From contig NC_069003.1 of the NCBI RefSeq assembly GCF_001194135.2, positions 17,923,607-17,987,606 on the forward strand: a stretch of 64,000 bases of DNA. Reading direction: 5' to 3'. This DNA is from Octopus bimaculoides (Eukaryota). The position numbers were made by a program, and so were the translations under genes. The number at the start of each line of letters is the position of its first letter. The first letter of the stretch is position 1. The notes below the pieces were generated by a model. The model did no database searches and was not told the origin of the DNA. It saw only the letters and a program-made list of their open reading frames with translations. Of the stretch, positions 1-12,005 are shown one piece after another.

Positions 1-116
1 ATCACTAAATCTGCCATAAATAACAGCCAATTCACCCTCAAATTACATGCTACCATCATAAATGAAAGATGAAGGACAAAGCTACTTCCAGCAGGATTTG
101 GACTCAGAATGAAAAG

Positions 117-1375
117 TCATCATCATCATTTAATGTCTGTTGGCCATACTGGCATGCGTTGGATGGTTTGACCAGGGCCAGTAAGCTGAGAGGCAGCACC
201 AGACTCAAGTCTGATCTGGCAAGGTTTCTACAGCTGGATACCCTTCCTAATGCCAACCACTCCAAGAGTGTAGTGGGTGCTTTTACATGTGACTGGCGTT
301 GCTGCCAGTTGCGTGACATCAGTATCTGCTATGACCATGATTTCACTTGGCTTGATGGATCTTTCTTCTCAAGCACAGCATATTGCCAAGGACCTTGGTC
401 ATTTGTCATTGCCTCTGTGAGGCCCAGCACTTGAAAAGTGCTTTTTATGTGCCACCAGCACGGTAGCTAGTTCAGCATCAGCCACATTGCCTCCATGAAA
501 CCCAACACTCGAAAGGTGCTTTTTACATCTCATGGTACCAGTTATGTGACACTAATAACAGCCACAACTATGATTTCACTTGGCTTGAGGGATCTTCGCA
601 AGCATCGCATATTACCAAATGTTTCAGTTGCTAGTCATTACCTCTGTGAGGCTTAGCGTTCGAAGATCAAGCTTTACCACCTCATTCCATGTCTTCCTGG
701 GCCTCCCTCTTCCACAGCTTCCTTTCACTGGTAGAGATCAACACTTCTTCACACAGCTGTCCTCATCCATACTCATTACATGACCATACCAATGCAGTCG
801 TCTCTCTTGCACACTACATCTTATGCCTTTTATGCCCAACTTTTCTCTCAAGATACTTATGCTCTGTTGTGCATGCACACTGACATTGCACATCCAGTGA
901 AGCATGCTAGCTTCATGTCTTTCAAGCCTATACATGTTCTCGACTGTCACAGCCATGTTTTACTGCTGTGTAGCATGGCTGTTCGCACACAGGCATCATA
1001 CGATTTGCCTTTCACTCTAAGGGAGAGGCCCTTCATTGCCAGCAGAGGTAGAAGCACTCTGAACTTTGCCCAACCTATTCTCATTCTAGCAGCTATGCTC
1101 TTGGAGTATCCAACCCCACTACTGACTTGGTCATCAATGTAATGGAAGCTATCAACTACTTCTAGTTTTTTTCCCTTGGTATTTGGAGTCTATTTTCTGT
1201 ACATTTTTAATGTTAATTGTACCTGTATACCTTCCACGCACAAAAACTAGTTTCCCTGTTAACCTTCCTTTGATATGGCTGCACCTCTTATGTGTCCATA
1301 GCTTACACCGTGCACATCTTATGGAATTTCTACCTACACCTTTCTTATATGGAATTTCTTACAATGCAATTTATT
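117..1375 (-). mobile_element. RTE-clade LINE, 5'-truncated decayed copy (RT C-terminus + 3'UTR + (ATG)n-like tail)
   Basis: Minus-strand peptide YRLERHEASMLHWMCNV...REKLGIKGIRCSVQERRLHWYGHVM, typical of the RTE RT C-terminus. Same layout as the copy at 34.0-35.4 kb. Confidence 0.8.
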
Positions 1376-1499
1376 CAACACAAACAACACTGCCACTTCC
1401 TTGATAATTCAATAAAGAGGTAGTTCCAATGACAAAACAACTAGAAACAATAGTTCACTCATGTATGTCCACCCTACATACATACACATATCTATCTAT

Positions 1500-1890
1500 C
1501 TATTTTTTAGCTTTTACTTGTGTCAATCATTAGACAGCAGCCATGCTGGGGAACTGCCTTGAGGAATTTTTAGCCAAATGAATCAGCTGCAGTACTTATT
1601 TTTTTTAAAAGGCTGGTACTTATTCTATTGGTGTCTTTGGCCAAACCACTAAGTTATGGGGACACAAACATACCAACACTGGTTGCTAAGTAGTAACAAA
1701 AGACAAACACAGCCACAAAGAAACACACATACAAACACATATCTACAATAGGCTTCTTTTAGTTTCTATCTATCAAATCTGCTTATAAGGCTATAGTAGA
1801 AGACACTTGCTAAAGGTGTCATGCAGTGGGACTGAATCCAGAACCATGCAGTTAGGAAGCAAACTTCTTGCCACACAACAATGCCTGCAC
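1500..1890 (-). mobile_element. tRNA-derived SINE, family A (decayed)
   Basis: Reverse complement of the GTGTGG..AAGAAGTTTGCTTCC..CATGGTTC..GGTTCAGTCCCACTG head and AAGCCTTGTGAG..GTAGA body seen many times in the window. Confidence 0.7.
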
Positions 1891-3201
1891 AGGAAATTAT
1901 CTGCATCTGGCTGCAGCTGAGACTAGCAGCACTAAAGTTGAGTATAATGAATAATTAGAGAGTAATTGAAGTGAAGAGCTGGCAGACGGGAATTAAATGG
2001 TAAAAAGTAATGATTCCATTAATATGGATATGACAATGAATATTTATACCAGGTGGAAAATATAGTTGTGTTAAATGTTACATAAAAATAGCTAGAAAAT
2101 ATAATTTTTAGCTAAACCATTACATAACTGAATAATATTCCTGTGTTAGTGTTTCTGTTACTTAGACAGAAATGCACCTGTGTTAGCTATATATCTATAT
2201 AGCTGAAGTAATATCATCATCCTCATTTAACTTTTACTTTTCTATGCTTGCATGGATTGGACATTGTTTGCGGCAGATTTTCTACAGCCAGATGCTCATC
2301 CTGTCACCAATTCTCACTTGTTTCCAAGCAAGGTAATGTTTCTCCATGGCCAGACATGTTCTTGCAGAATATTGAAAATGCACGACACAGCTTCTATGAC
2401 AGTGACAACCATTTACCACTACTACACAATACCAAGAAAAGAAAATACACACACACACATTTATACATACATATATAATTACAAAGAATACGGAAACTGG
2501 TACATCTTCAAATTTTTCTTTTAATTTTTCTTGATGCAGTTAGCCAGAACCTGGACAATACCTAAGAGCTCTTATGGTATCCACCTAGATAATTTATCTG
2601 TATATACTCAGTGTATACACATACATACACATATGATGGGATTCTTTCAGTTTCTGTATACCAAATCTATTCACAAGGCTTTGGTCAGACCGGGACTGTA
2701 ATAAATGATAACCCAAAGTGCTACACAATAGAACTGAACCTGAAACCATGTGGTTGGGAAGCAAACCTCTTGCCACAGAGCCATGCTTGTACCCATACAT
2801 AGCTGTATTAACTATTTTATTTTACAGTTAAAATAATACACCTGTATTAGCTATTCCCTTATATAACTTAAAATATCAGCTTGAGTCAATGAGAAGGCCT
2901 GTATGTGGTAGCTCAACATGCTAGAAATGGCAATCAAATTTTTCTCAGACTTAACTCCATCCTTGCCTAGCTTCTTACTACCAAATACACACTAAAATTT
3001 ATCCCCACTACCCCACTATTTACTAACCTACTGTGCAAGGGGAACCCATAAAAACCAAAAGTAAATAGCACCATGCATGGTCAGTGTAAAATAGGAATAA
3101 ATACCTTGAAATATAAAATTGGATTTCATTAAAATGCCCCACCAACTAGTACAGAACACCCTTCTCCCCATTAAAACAACAAGCAAAACAAAATTAGATT
3201 G

Positions 3202-4089
3202 TACAGAAGTGGGATCAGAAAGTTCCTGGAGCAGGTGTGAAAAATAGGTCCACCAGTATTCCAGTAAGTAATGGATTTCATATATTGTTTATATTTGGAC
3301 ACCATTCCCTTTGAAATAATACCCTTGGGAATGTATGCAGTGATCCCAGCACATCTTCCAGACCTCAAAGGTGTTGTGATAGTTCTTTTCTTGAAGGCTA
3401 TTCAATACCACCAATAATTCCATTTTAATTTGATTGACCAAAGTGAAGTGACACTCTTTTAGGTTCAATTTTGTTGTATAAAACACAGCAAAGTCTCTGG
3501 AGTACAGGTCAAGAGAAATATGGCAGGAGTAGAATTGACTGGAATGACTGCTGTTTTGTTCTTTATGAAAAGCCTGTATTGTGTATTTGGGTTTTCCATG
3601 AGAAAATCCAGATAGACTCTAAAACACATTCCAAACACTGAAGGGAGCTGGAGATTGTATGGCAACAGCCCTCAAATCATGATTTTGTAAATTTTCTGTC
3701 ATCAAATTTTCCCTAAATTTGTCATCTTAAACATCTCAACTGGCCTTGAAATAACCATAATACTCAAAAACTTGTGTTCAGCCAAAAGAATATTTACTAA
3801 AAGTTTGGCAAAGCATTTTAAGGGTCTCAACAGCAGATTTACCAAGCTTCATGCAAAGTTTGACACTGATTTGTCAGCCATTATGTAAAAAAAAAAAACA
3901 TTACAGAGGTGTACTAACACAATGTTATAGAACATCATGTTATTATTGAATACAAGTTGACAACATGAAGCCTGTTTATAGACTGACTTAGAAGGATGAC
4001 TTGTAACGATCATCAGCTGTGTACAGTTTTGCAATGACCAGAACAGAGACAACACTTGCAGTCCAGAAACATTCTGATAATATCTCATA
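3202..4089 (-). mobile_element. Mariner DNA transposon, internally deleted, both TIRs
   Basis: Left ATCAGAAAGTTCCTGGAGC matches the reverse complement of the right end (ATCAGAATGTTTCTGGACT); TA at both ends. Minus-strand remnants KLGKSAVETLKMLCQTF (HTH) and WDHCIHSQGYYFKG (C-terminus). Confidence 0.75.
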
Positions 4090-4158
4090 GACTTTGAATC
4101 ATCATTAGCAAAGTCAATTAATTTCAGAAAAAAGAAGTAAAAAATCTGTTTAAATTAC

Positions 4159-4344
4159 CTTGAAATTCTTCCTGAGGTCATTGACTGTAATGAAGCCCTT
4201 GTTGTCAGTGTCCAGTGATTTAAATTTAGCAATGTACTCATTGATTTCGTCCTTTGTGAAATTAATAGGTACGTTAGCAGAGGCAGCTTTGAGCTCAAGA
4301 CCCATTTCCCGACGAAGGAACTTCTTGCAATGTTCAATTTGATC
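4159..4344 (-). CDS. GPD2: GPD2 exon with first EF-hand (DQIEHCKKFLRREMGLELK...FKSLDTDNKGFITVNDLRKNFK)
   Basis: EF-hand-like loop DTDNKGFITVND, equivalent to vertebrate DADQKGFITIVD. Acceptor tatgcag|, donor AAG|gtaatt; 186 nt, phase 0 to 0. Downstream exon(s) were not found in 1-4158. Confidence 0.95.
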
Positions 4345-4902
4345 CTGCATATAAATTCAGGAAAATAAAATGAATTTACAGAAATAAATTAAAATTGAAA
4401 AAAAAAGACCTAAAAGAAACAAATTAATTTAATTAAATATATTATTATTTATATTTGTATTGATATTTTTACACACAGAATGAAAACTTTTCTTTGCAGC
4501 CAAGATAACAATAATGATGTATTATTAATTTATGTTTTATCTTTAAATTGTTTCAATCATCATACTGCGGCCATGCTGGGGCACTGCTTTGAAGAAATTT
4601 TAGTCAAATGTATCAACTCCAGGACTTAAATGTTTTTGTAAGCCTAGTACTTATTCTATTGGTCTCTTTTGCTGGACCACAAAGTTATAGGGATGTAAAC
4701 ACACCAGCACCAGTTGTCAAGTAGTGGGACAAATGCAGACACACACACACCACCCTAAAATATAGAAATACAAAGTAAAATTGCAACTTTGTTCTGTTTT
4801 CTTTTCCTTTTGTAGTTTACTTTCTACCTTCTCGCATTGTTCTGGCCTTACACAACAACCTTCTTTAAAGTTATATCACACAATGCTTCACCAAAACTAT
4901 CT

Positions 4903-4954
<52 letters not shown>

Positions 4955-5270
4955 GTAAGGTATAAGTTAGAGGTTATGCAACCATCTAAGGGATAGCTGT
5001 ATCCGTAGGCACTCCTGGTGTATTACCTCAGTATGTATAGTCCTTGTTATAAGGTATATGGTAGTAGGTAATTTAAAGGTAAAACTGTGGTTTAATATAT
5101 ATAAGAAATGGAGTAATAATTAACAATGAGAAGTGGATCATTGGTGTTTTAAAGTCATTATTTAATTAAAATAGGAGTATGTTTACAGCTGTTTCTATTT
5201 ATAAATAGGGTAAATTTGCATTTACCTCGTTACAATTGATAAACATTTTCAGAACGATTACATAGCAAAG

Positions 5271-5332
5271 AAAATGTTCGTTAATTCAATAGTCACTAAC
5301 ATGTTAGTGACTATTGAATTAACGAACATTTT
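5271..5332. repeat. Perfect 62-bp spacerless palindrome with imperfect outer arms (5244-5270 / 5357-5383)
   Basis: AAAATGTTCGTTAATTCAATAGTCACTAACA is followed immediately by its exact reverse complement. Confidence 0.95.
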
Positions 5333-5399
5333 TCCTTTCCTTTCCTTCTATTTTATCTTTGCCATGTAATTGTTCTGAAGATGCTCTATTTCTTATTGT

Positions 5400-7627
5400 C
5401 TCTCTTTATATATATATATAGGTTATGAGAGGTAATGGTGTCAGTAAGAGCCAAAGGCGTCAGGTAATGCTGAGTAAGTGCTATGGATAGACCATAGTTA
5501 AGCTCCAGGTTCAGTGATTATGTGAATAAGAAGTCCAACGTAGGTGAGATAAGCTGAAATTTATATATATATAGAAGATAAAACTTACTTGGAAAAGGAT
5601 GCATGGCTTTTGATCATATAATAATATAAATAATACAGATGTAGCTGTATCTGTGGCCTCCTCTGGTATTGCAGCAACTTTACTGCCCGGTGGCAGGATA
5701 GTGCACTCAACCTTTAAGCTAACATTTGATTTGGCAAGGTCCAAAGTGCCTTCCTGTAACATCGCCATAGCGTCTGAAAAGGGCTTGCTTCTCCAGAGTT
5801 GCCAGCTGATAGTTTGGGATGAATGCACAATGGCCCACAAGCGATCCCTTGAAGCTTTCAACACCACACTTCAAGACATCAGAGACTGTCTCACTATGAT
5901 GGGTGGTATAACTCTCCTCCTGTCTGGCGATTTCTGACAAACGCTTCCTGTAATACCCAAGGGAACCAGGGCAGATGTAGTCAGGGTCTGCCTAAAATCC
6001 TCCCCCCTGTGGCAAAATGTTACATTGTCTCTCAAAACAAACATGAGAGCGCAGCTTCATGGTGACCAGATGGCATCAGATTTTGCATCTGACATATTGT
6101 CAATTGGAAATGGTATTGTTCCACATGATGGAAACTGTCACTAACTCACCTCTGCACCACTGTCAGTAATTCCTATGAACTAGAGGCACATGTCTTTCCA
6201 AATCTACAAAGGAACTACCTTGACGTGAATTGGATTTCTGAAAGAGCCATTTTGGCTCTAAAAATCAGCACAGTGACCGCTCTCAATGCTAAGCTGCTGC
6301 ATTCACTTCCCAGAAGGCTGAACGAGGTAAGGGTCAATCGATTCTGTACCCGACGATGACCAGGCAGTGAACTATCCAGTGGAGTTTCTTAATTCCCCTG
6401 ACCCACCTGGGTTGCCTCCTCAAACACTGGAAGTTAAAGTCGGAGCTCCTGTCATGTTGCTGAGGAATTTAGACCTTCCGAAGCTTTGCAATGGGACACA
6501 CTTGGTTATTAAGAAGGCTACGCAGTATGTTCTTGAAGTCACCATTTTGTCCGGCTGTGGCAAAGGAGAGGACGTTTTCATCCCCAGAATCCCCCTCATT
6601 CCATCTGGTGCAGATATTCCCTTTGCATTTCGCCGTCTGCAGTTCCCGCTTAGACTATGTTTTGCAATGTCAATCAATAAGTCACAGGAGCAGACACTAT
6701 CGGTGGCAGGGCTGCATTTAGATGAATCATGCTTCTCACACGGTCAGCTATACGTCAGTTGTTCCTGGGTGGGAAGCAAGGAAAGTCTCTTCGTTTACTC
6801 ACCCCAGGGTAGAACGAAAAATATTGTCTACCAAGAGGTATCAGAATGAGACTCCGTAATTGTTTACACTGTGAAAAGGTAACGTACAGCTTTACAATGC
6901 AGCTGGATTTAGACATCATCCTCTCAGACGTGTGTAATGGACTTTACATCCGCTTTTACTCTAAAACTAACAGCACACAGTCAGCCCATTTCATAAAGAG
7001 AAGCCTATTAAGTTACACCCCTCTTAGGGCAGCATTTAGGTTTTTTTTACAAAAAATAGGAGGGATAGTTACTCCAACAATGGTTTAAGGGGCGATCGAG
7101 CATCTTTAAAGATGTAACTTCAACCGACCAGTGTTTTCTTACTCTGCAACATAAATGGTGTGGACAAACATCATGACAACTAATCAACATTCAATCGCTC
7201 TCCCCATTTTAATGAAGGTCATACTTAACGATTGTTTAAACAGTCCAATCCCCAAAAATGCTCTCTTGTGAAATACACGTTTTGATTCACTCTCTGTGTC
7301 TACATCTGATAAACCCAAATATAACTCTACACACCATTGCAATGCACACTACAACTTTGCATTATCGGATGGTGCTGGGCAGCAGTGATACAGAGAGGTA
7401 TACAACACGAGTCACTACATGGACGGACAAACACTTAGTGATGTCAGATTGCATTGTCAACTCTAACCTTAACCTAAATAAAACTCTATAAAACTTTGGA
7501 ATGCCCAATTCATTTTTGCACTACTGATTTGAGGTCCGGACTGCTGTAATGTAGACTGACAACATAACTAGACCCTCTAAATATTTACTACTTTCTGACC
7601 CGTACAACGCTGAGTATTATTGCTAGT
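5400..7627 (+). mobile_element. Helitron, internally deleted (helicase C-terminal half retained); 5' boundary uncertain
   Basis: PIF1-type helicase relic at 5632-6849. The 3' end GACCCGTACAACGCTGAGTA (decayed hairpin) is followed by CTAG at 7623-7626 and then T. Confidence 0.8.
5632..6849 (+). pseudogene. Helitron PIF1-like helicase remnant
   Basis: Motifs VASSGIAATLLPGGR, LIVWDECTMAHK, LSGDF*QTLPV (the GDFRQ Arg codon is TGA), [38 protein letters not shown]. Stops and frameshifts lie between the blocks. Confidence 0.92.
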
Positions 7628-8687
7628 ATATATATACACACACACACACACACACATGACGGGCTTCTTTCAGTTTCTGTCTACCAAATCAACTCACAAG
7701 GCTTTGGTCAGGCTGTGGCTTTGGTAGAAGACACTTTTCCAAGGTGCCATGCAGTGGGACTGAACCTGGAACCATGTGGTTGGGAGCCAAGCTTCTTACC
7801 ACACAACCACGCCTAATTAATAACTATGTGGGATTGAACCCAAGACCATATGGTAAGGAAGCAAACTTCTCAGCTACACAACCATGGCTGTGTCAAAAAC
7901 ACACCACTGGGACACAAATCTGTTGTGCATAGCAAATGAAGTGTATTGACTCAGAAACATGTGATAAGGAGAACAGTTTGATAAAGAGAATTTTTCTCCT
8001 GAGATAATTTCCATGTTTGAGTGGATACAAACATGTTAAATATAATTGCACACACTTATAATTTCATTGTCATCATTACATCATCATTTAATGTCCACTT
8101 TTTCATGCTTGCTACAAGTCAAATGGAATTTGTTGAAGGTGGACAGTCATTCATAACATCAGTGAGTGTTTGATTAGCTTTTTCTGATATCAAAGACAAT
8201 GAATTCTCATTGGAGCATTTGGTTGGATGCAAGTACCCATCACTGAAAAGGTCCCCAAAAAGACTGAAATGCATCTGGCGCTCTTGGTGGCTGCTGCAAT
8301 GACTAATTTTCATCTTTCTCTGATAGTTTTTTTCTTTTTAACACAGCAAGTCTGCAAGAGATTTTATCTCATGACAAATACTGCAGTAACTGGATTATTA
8401 TAAAGTGTATACATTAAATATGGTACAAACATGGCTATGTTAACGAAATACTGCCTCAACTGTATATACTAGGAGTTTTTCAGTTTCCATCCATCCATCA
8501 AATCCACTCACAAAGCTTTGGTCAGCCTGGTGTTGTAATAGAAAACACTTACCTAAGGTGATGCACACCAGGACTAAACCCAAGACCACATGGATGAGAA
8601 ACAAGTTTCTTCACCTAACAGCTACACCAGTAAAAATTAAACCTTGTTCAACAATGAAATATGGACAGCTGTAAACTATGGACTCAC

Positions 8688-8846
8688 CTTTTTCTGGTTT
8701 TCATTCCATCCAAGTTCCTCAGCCATTATATCTACCACTCTGGGTAGAGCCTCCTCTGCTGCAATAGCATTGCAGAATGATAGACGTGTGCGGCGTGCAA
8801 GAATATCAACAGCGGATGTAGCATATTCTCGAACAGCATATCGGAC
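8688..8846 (-). CDS. GPD2: GPD2 exon (VRYAVREYATSAVDILARRTRLSFCNAIAAEEALPRVVDIMAEELGWNENQKK)
   Basis: EYAxxAVDxxARRTRL motif. Acceptor tctttctgtag|, donor AAG|gtgagt; 159 nt, phase 0 to 0. Confidence 0.97.
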
Positions 8847-10069
8847 CTACAGAAAGAAGAGACTAGGTTAATAGGGAGTTCTGTGACAGAGAGAAAGGGT
8901 TGAGAGATTTCAGTACTTCCAAGTATAGACATGGAGAGGGTGTCAGCAGAGAATGGAAGAAAAGCTCTAAAGAATTTCTACCTAATTTATTAAGTGAAGT
9001 ACCTCAGTGTAGTGATCTGGGTGTATTGATCTGTATCAATCAGGAAGAAAAGGGTTAGGTTTGTTGATAGAGAACATCATCATTTTCCATGCTGACATGG
9101 GTTGGACAGTTTGAGAGGATCCAGTGAGCAGCAGGGCTGTGCCAAGCTCCAGTATCAACTTTGGCAGTGTGTAATAGGTACATTTTTCATGCCACCAGCA
9201 CTAGTGAGGTCAACAAACAACTTGCAAGAGAGGAAAAGAACTGGAACAAACTTTCCCAACTGAGTAGGAGTATATTTAAGAGTGGGGAGGTGGCTCTATG
9301 TCAGGTGTCGAAAGACAGAAGTATGATAGAGGAACAAGCACTTGTGTGTGGCTTCAACACATTATAGTAGTTGGGAAGGAGATAAAAATGACAGTGCTGG
9401 AGTACCAGAGCAAACTCTCATTGTACAATAAGTTGAATATAAGAGAGGATATGGATAGTGGAGTAGAGATGGGGAGGAGATAGTGAGTAGGAGGAAAGTA
9501 AATTTGAAAGTTATTTATCTGATACAGAAATAGAATCATTCTTTTTTTCTTCACTGTTTTAATATTTAAAAGGAGGATAAAGACATACATAAAAAAAAAG
9601 TTAGGACTGAGAATCAAATATGAGTTTTTACTGTAAAATAATTGAAAATTCTTTTAGTCTGTTATCCTTTTTATTCGTTTCAGCTGTTGAATTGTTGTCA
9701 TGCTGGGGCACTGTCTTAAAGGATTTAGTCAATGATACTGACCCTAGTACCTACTCTTAAGTCTGTTACTACCTATTTTATAGATTTTTATTTACTGAAC
9801 TGTTTAGTTACAGGACACAAAGCAGCATTGTTTTGTAAGCAGTGAGACTGTAAAAACAGGCACAGAAGCAAGTGTGCATGCTCATACCCTCTCATACACT
9901 TAACAGGCTTCAAGTGTATGTGTGTGCATATGCTTCTATATACGCAGATACATACCTACAAATATACATACATTCACCCACATACCTACATATACATACC
10001 CATACATACACCCATACACACTATCTCTATATATATATATATCTACATATATATATCTATAGTGAGAAT

Positions 10070-10620
10070 TAACAAAAAACAAAAAGAAAAGACAAAGGCG
10101 GGTGTGTAAACAACAAACAGATGTATTAGTTTAATGCTTGGGAAGTGAGAAAGTCTTTTACATTTCGAGCCTACGCTCTTCAACAGAAAGGAATACAGAA
10201 ATAAACAGGGAGAGAAAATAGAAAAAGGTTTAGTGGCTAGTGACCTATCATGGTGAATGCCGGACAGAGGGGTCACACAGGAGAGCTAGGAAGGAGAGGA
10301 TATAATAAAGTAGTGGTGATCCCAAAACAAAGGTCTGCGTGCATGTGTATGTGAGAGCATGTGAAAGGGGGCTGGTGATCTGACGTGTGTATGTGTAGGT
10401 GTGTGGATGATGGTGTAGGTGCTGGGAAGTGGTCAGTGCTAGTGTGTGCACTGGTGTGGGTGCTGAGAAGCGGTCAGTGCTAGTGTGTGCGATGTGGTGT
10501 GTGGCGGAGTGGGGTGTGGGGGAGACGAGATTGGGGGAAGCAGGGGTGGTGTCTAAGGGATGGGGCGGGGTGGGATGTATAGGGATGGTGGGGTTGGAAT
10601 GTGTAGGGATGGGGTAACGA
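10070..10620 (-). repeat. Interspersed repeat (family also at 32540-32710, + strand) carrying a hammerhead-like core; possibly a Penelope-type terminal repeat
   Basis: About 170 bp shared with 32540-32710 (CACTAGCCACTA...GCTCGAAA...AAAGACTTT...TAATACATCTGTTTGTTG). No coding evidence. Confidence 0.55.
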
Positions 10621-10756
10621 GGGAGGGGGTGACGAGGAAGGGAGAGGGTGGAAGGGAGAAGGTAGGTAGGAGTGAGGAGAGGAAGTAAGCATCAGAGCAA
10701 GAGAGGAGAGGTGGGTGGGAGGAAGTAGGAATCTATATAAAATATATATGCATGTA

Positions 10757-10902
10757 TTTTTTAATGAAACTGAAGTTGTGAGTTTGTCTGCAACTTGAGT
10801 TTCATGTGACTGCAACCTTCAGGAAAAACTTTACCTGAAGATCACTGTGGCATAAAACTCTGGCTGCAAGAAAACTTTCAACTTCAGTTTCAATAAAAAA
10901 AA
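10757..10902. repeat. Imperfect inverted repeat (about 58-bp core arms, 10-nt loop), MITE-like
   Basis: GAAACTGAAGTTG...CTTCAGG / CCTGAAG...CAACTTCAGTTTC; roughly three quarters of arm positions pair. Confidence 0.75.
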
Positions 10903-11074
10903 TCATATCCTCCACAACATGTATTGACCAATCTTTTCTCATTCATTCAACATTAAACAATGTATATGAATGCGTGTGTGTGTGTGTGTGTATCTTTATA
11001 TACACATACAATAGACTTCTAAGTAGTTTCTGTCTACAATATTTCACTTTCAAAAAACTTTGGTTGTGATGACA

Positions 11075-12005
11075 GTAGTGTTAGCATTTGAGGAAGAAGT
11101 GGTGAGGGTGATTTGTGGGTGTGGTCCGCAAAGTGGAAGAGGGATTGCTGAGAAAGAACGGTTCTTTGATGAAATGGTGAATGAGTGGGACTTAAAAAAG
11201 TTATGAATTGGTTTTGGACATGGGTGATTTTAATGGACATGTTGGTGATCTGAGCTTTGAGGGTGTGCATAGGGGAAATGGAATTGGGGAGAGAAACGTG
11301 GAAGGAAGGATGCTGTTGGAGTTTTTTGTGATGAGAAAGGGTTGTGTGTGGCAAACACGTGGTTTAGGAAAACAGAAAAGGAAGGTGACTTTCAGCACAG
11401 GAGGGAATGAGACAGAGATTGATTTCATGTTGGTTGGCAGGAAAAACAGAAAATATCTGAGAGATGTGAAGGCAACACCAGGAGAGTTGCAGCATTATTA
11501 TATGGGAAAAGGTTCTCATTGAAGACGAAAAGAAAGGTCTATAGGAGTTGTGTGAGAGTTGCAATGCTGTATGAGAATGAGACATAGTGTTTGAGAGAGA
11601 GAGAGAGAGAGATGGCAGTTTTGAGAAGGACTGAGAGAGCAATGGTGAGAGAAATGTGTGGTGTGAGGCTGTTTGATAAGAGGAGGACTGAGGTTTTGAT
11701 GGGGATGCTGGGGTTGGAGGAATCAGTGGAATGGCTGGCAAGGGCGAATGGAGTGCGGTGGTACGGGCACGTGTTGAGAAGGGATGAGGAGCATGTTCTG
11801 AAGAAGGTGCTAGAGTTTGAAGTGAATGGACGGTGAAAGTGAGGTAGACCAAGGAAAATGTGGAAGGGACAGGTGGAGGAGGAAATTAAGAAGGGAGGAC
11901 ACCCATGTGAGATGGTGTGAGGGCGGTTGCTATAGCATTGAAGTAAATCTGGCCACCCCTGTTAACGGGGACAAAACCCGGATTCAAAATGATGGATGAT
12001 AGATG
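11075..12005 (+). mobile_element. RTE-clade LINE, internally deleted (AP-endonuclease + RT C-terminus)
   Basis: MGDFNGHVG...NVEGRMLLEF...ETEIDFMLV (APE) and RRTERAMVREMCGV...ANGVRWYGHVLRRDEEHVLKKVLEFEVNG (RT end). Confidence 0.85.

Noticed and set aside
1-4158. Final GPD2 exon(s) with the second EF-hand (EVDLNKNG-like) and stop codon
   Set aside because: Not found by manual scan; the candidate donor near 3105 gives no GPD2-like peptide. Presumed left of the window.
6846-7088. 80-aa ORF overlapping the helicase stop (ATGA overlap)
   Set aside because: No recognisable motif; translational coupling is not expected in this eukaryotic relic.
8644-8932. ORFs 8644-8871 (+) and 8732-8932 (-)
   Set aside because: Antisense or off-frame shadows of the GPD2 exon 8688-8846. 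The same applies to 4160-4342 and 12774-12977.
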